A DNA stretch of 59,032 bases, filler included. It is 6 parts of 6 records of this genome, joined end to end, with 100 filler letters (N's around TTAATTAATTAA, not from the genome) between each part and the next. Parts side by side here need not be neighbours in the genome. Positions count along the whole stretch, not along the records: positions 53,627 to 59,032 come from SRR22947725_1550; 5 more parts are not named here. One strand, given 5' to 3'. Below the pieces are notes generated by a model, which was given only the letters and a program-made list of their open reading frames with translations, did no database searches and was not told the origin of the DNA. This document shows, in pieces, positions 57,827-59,032 of this stretch; the first letter of the stretch is position 1, and the number at the start of each line of letters is the position of its first letter. The translations under genes were made by a program, and so were the position numbers.

Positions 57827-58957
57827 ATGGCTTATTCCACCTTCAATAAGGTTAAAAATGACCCTTTAAAAGAGCCGATGTTCTTTGGTCAAAACGTTAA
57901 TGTTGCCCGTTATGACCAGCAACGCCACGCTATTTTTGAAAAACTAATCGAAAAACAATTATCTTTCTTTTGGCGTCCCGAAGAAGTTGACTTATCCACT
58001 GACCGTAAAGATTTTATGGCCATGGCTGAGCATGAGCAGCACATATTTTTGAGTAATTTGAAGTATCAAACCTTACTTGATAGTGTGCAGGGTCGTTCCC
58101 CTAACATTGCATTTTTGCCCGTTGTGTCCTTACCTGAGTTAGAGACATGGCTTGAAACTTGGTCCTTTAGCGAAACAGTCCACAGCCGCAGTTATACCCA
58201 CATCATTCGTAATGTGGTGGATGACCCTAGTATCATTTTTGATGATATTGTCGATAATCCAGAAATTGTGAAACGTGCCGAAACAGTGACGCGTTATTAC
58301 GACTTATTCATTGAAATGTGTAGTCAATACAGTTTGTTGGGAGTGGGCACACACCAGATTAATGGTAAACAGATTGAGGTGAGCTTAAGTGCTCTAAAGC
58401 GTCAGCTTTATCTGACTGTTGCTTCGGTTAATGCACTCGAAGCCGTGCGTTTCTACGTGAGTTTTGCCTGCAGCTTTGCCTTTGCTGAACGGGCCATCAT
58501 GGAGGGCAATGCCAAGGTGATTAAGCTGATCGCTCGGGATGAAGCTTTGCATCTGGCAGGCACTCAACACATGCTTAATTTAATGGCTAATGGCCAAGAT
58601 GACCCAGAAATGGTGGCCATTGCAGCATCGTGTAAAGACGAAGTGATAGAGATTTTCCGAGAAGCCGCAGAGCAGGAACGTGACTGGGCTAAGTACCTGT
58701 TTAAAGACGGCTCAATGATTGGCTTGAACGCTGAAATACTGAGCAACTATGTCGATTACATCACCAATATCCGCCTACGTGGTTTAGGGTTTGATGAAAT
58801 ATTTGAAGTGCGCAGTAATCCCTTGCCATGGATGAATGCATGGTTAGTAAGTGATAATGTTCAGGTGGCGCCCCAAGAAGCTGAAATTAGTTCATACCTT
58901 GTCGGTGCTATTGACAGCAATATGGAAGACTCAGACTTTGATGATTTCGACTTATGA
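57827..58957 (+). CDS. nrdB: class Ia ribonucleoside-diphosphate reductase beta subunit
   Basis: [24 protein letters not shown] (radical Tyr), DEALH, VAPQE. Confidence 0.98.
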   Translation: MAYSTFNKVKNDPLKEPMFFGQNVNVARYDQQRHAIFEKLIEKQLSFFWRPEEVDLSTDRKDFMAMAEHEQHIFLSNLKYQTLLDSVQGRSPNIAFLPVVSLPELETWLETWSFSETVHSRSYTHIIRNVVDDPSIIFDDIVDNPEIVKRAETVTRYYDLFIEMCSQYSLLGVGTHQINGKQIEVSLSALKRQLYLTVASVNALEAVRFYVSFACSFAFAERAIMEGNAKVIKLIARDEALHLAGTQHMLNLMANGQDDPEMVAIAASCKDEVIEIFREAAEQERDWAKYLFKDGSMIGLNAEILSNYVDYITNIRLRGLGFDEIFEVRSNPLPWMNAWLVSDNVQVAPQEAEISSYLVGAIDSNMEDSDFDDFDL

Positions 58958-58992
58958 TGGTCGAGATCCTTTAAGTGCTGGGGCCCTAATTA

Positions 58993-59032
58993 ATGAGTAG
59001 AACAGTCACTGTTAACGACGTGCAGACCTTTA
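58993..59032 (+). CDS. start of a downstream ORF, probably the YfaE-type 2Fe-2S ferredoxin (truncated)
   Basis: MSRTVTVNDVQTF...; assignment rests only on its position after nrdB. Confidence 0.35.
   Translation, partial: MSRTVTVNDVQTF

Noticed and set aside
55476-59032. nrdAB as phage auxiliary genes or intein/intron hosts
   Set aside because: Lengths are normal, there are no insertions, the ATP cone and NrdR boxes are present, the neighbour kdsA is cellular, and no phage genes are seen.

Overview
This window is not one locus. It is six unrelated contigs joined by artificial 100-nt spacers (44 N + TTAATTAATTAA + 44 N), so gene adjacency only means something inside each piece. Taxonomy below is inferred from gene content and composition. 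(1) 1-14790, marine Flavobacteriia: M16 peptidase tail, DMT transporter, gldD-gldE-ssb-mutY, HU, a 29-aa bS22-type ribosomal protein missed by the ORF track, RNase G/E, aldo/keto reductase, xth, a 1098-aa outer-membrane protein with SprA-like motifs, and a T9SS-secreted lysyl-endopeptidase-like protease. (2) 14891-29475, SAR11/Pelagibacter-like: a tRNA 5' fragment, then a surface-glycan island (Gmd, NDP-sugar C-methyltransferase, GT9-like, GT61, ColD-like dehydratase, GT4-like) that encloses a compact DUF4956 / secreted CotH-like kinase-beta-helix / VTC polyphosphate-polymerase operon, then a GcvT-family dehydrogenase and ald. (3) 29576-36856, AT-rich alphaproteobacterium: hisA-GNAT-hisH-hisB-Smr-Tim44, secB, dnaQ-coaE, a probable oriC with DnaA boxes, hemE-hemJ-rho. 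(4) 36957-46439, AT-rich alphaproteobacterium: murJ-trpS-usp-NifU-Bax-tsaB-fur-miaB-phoH-ybeY-corC-metK. (5) 46540-53526, probably Verrucomicrobia: methyltransferase, an uncharacterised PncC-like/nucleotidyltransferase-like fusion, sppA, sufT, PQQ-propeller protein, Gfo/Idh/MocA oxidoreductase. (6) 53627-59032, gammaproteobacterium: uridine-kinase-like protein, kdsA, NrdR-boxed class Ia nrdAB. The best candidate for an undescribed system is the DUF4956-CotH-VTC module, which could make polyphosphate, export it and use it for extracytoplasmic phosphorylation. All calls come from reading motifs by eye; no database searches were run.
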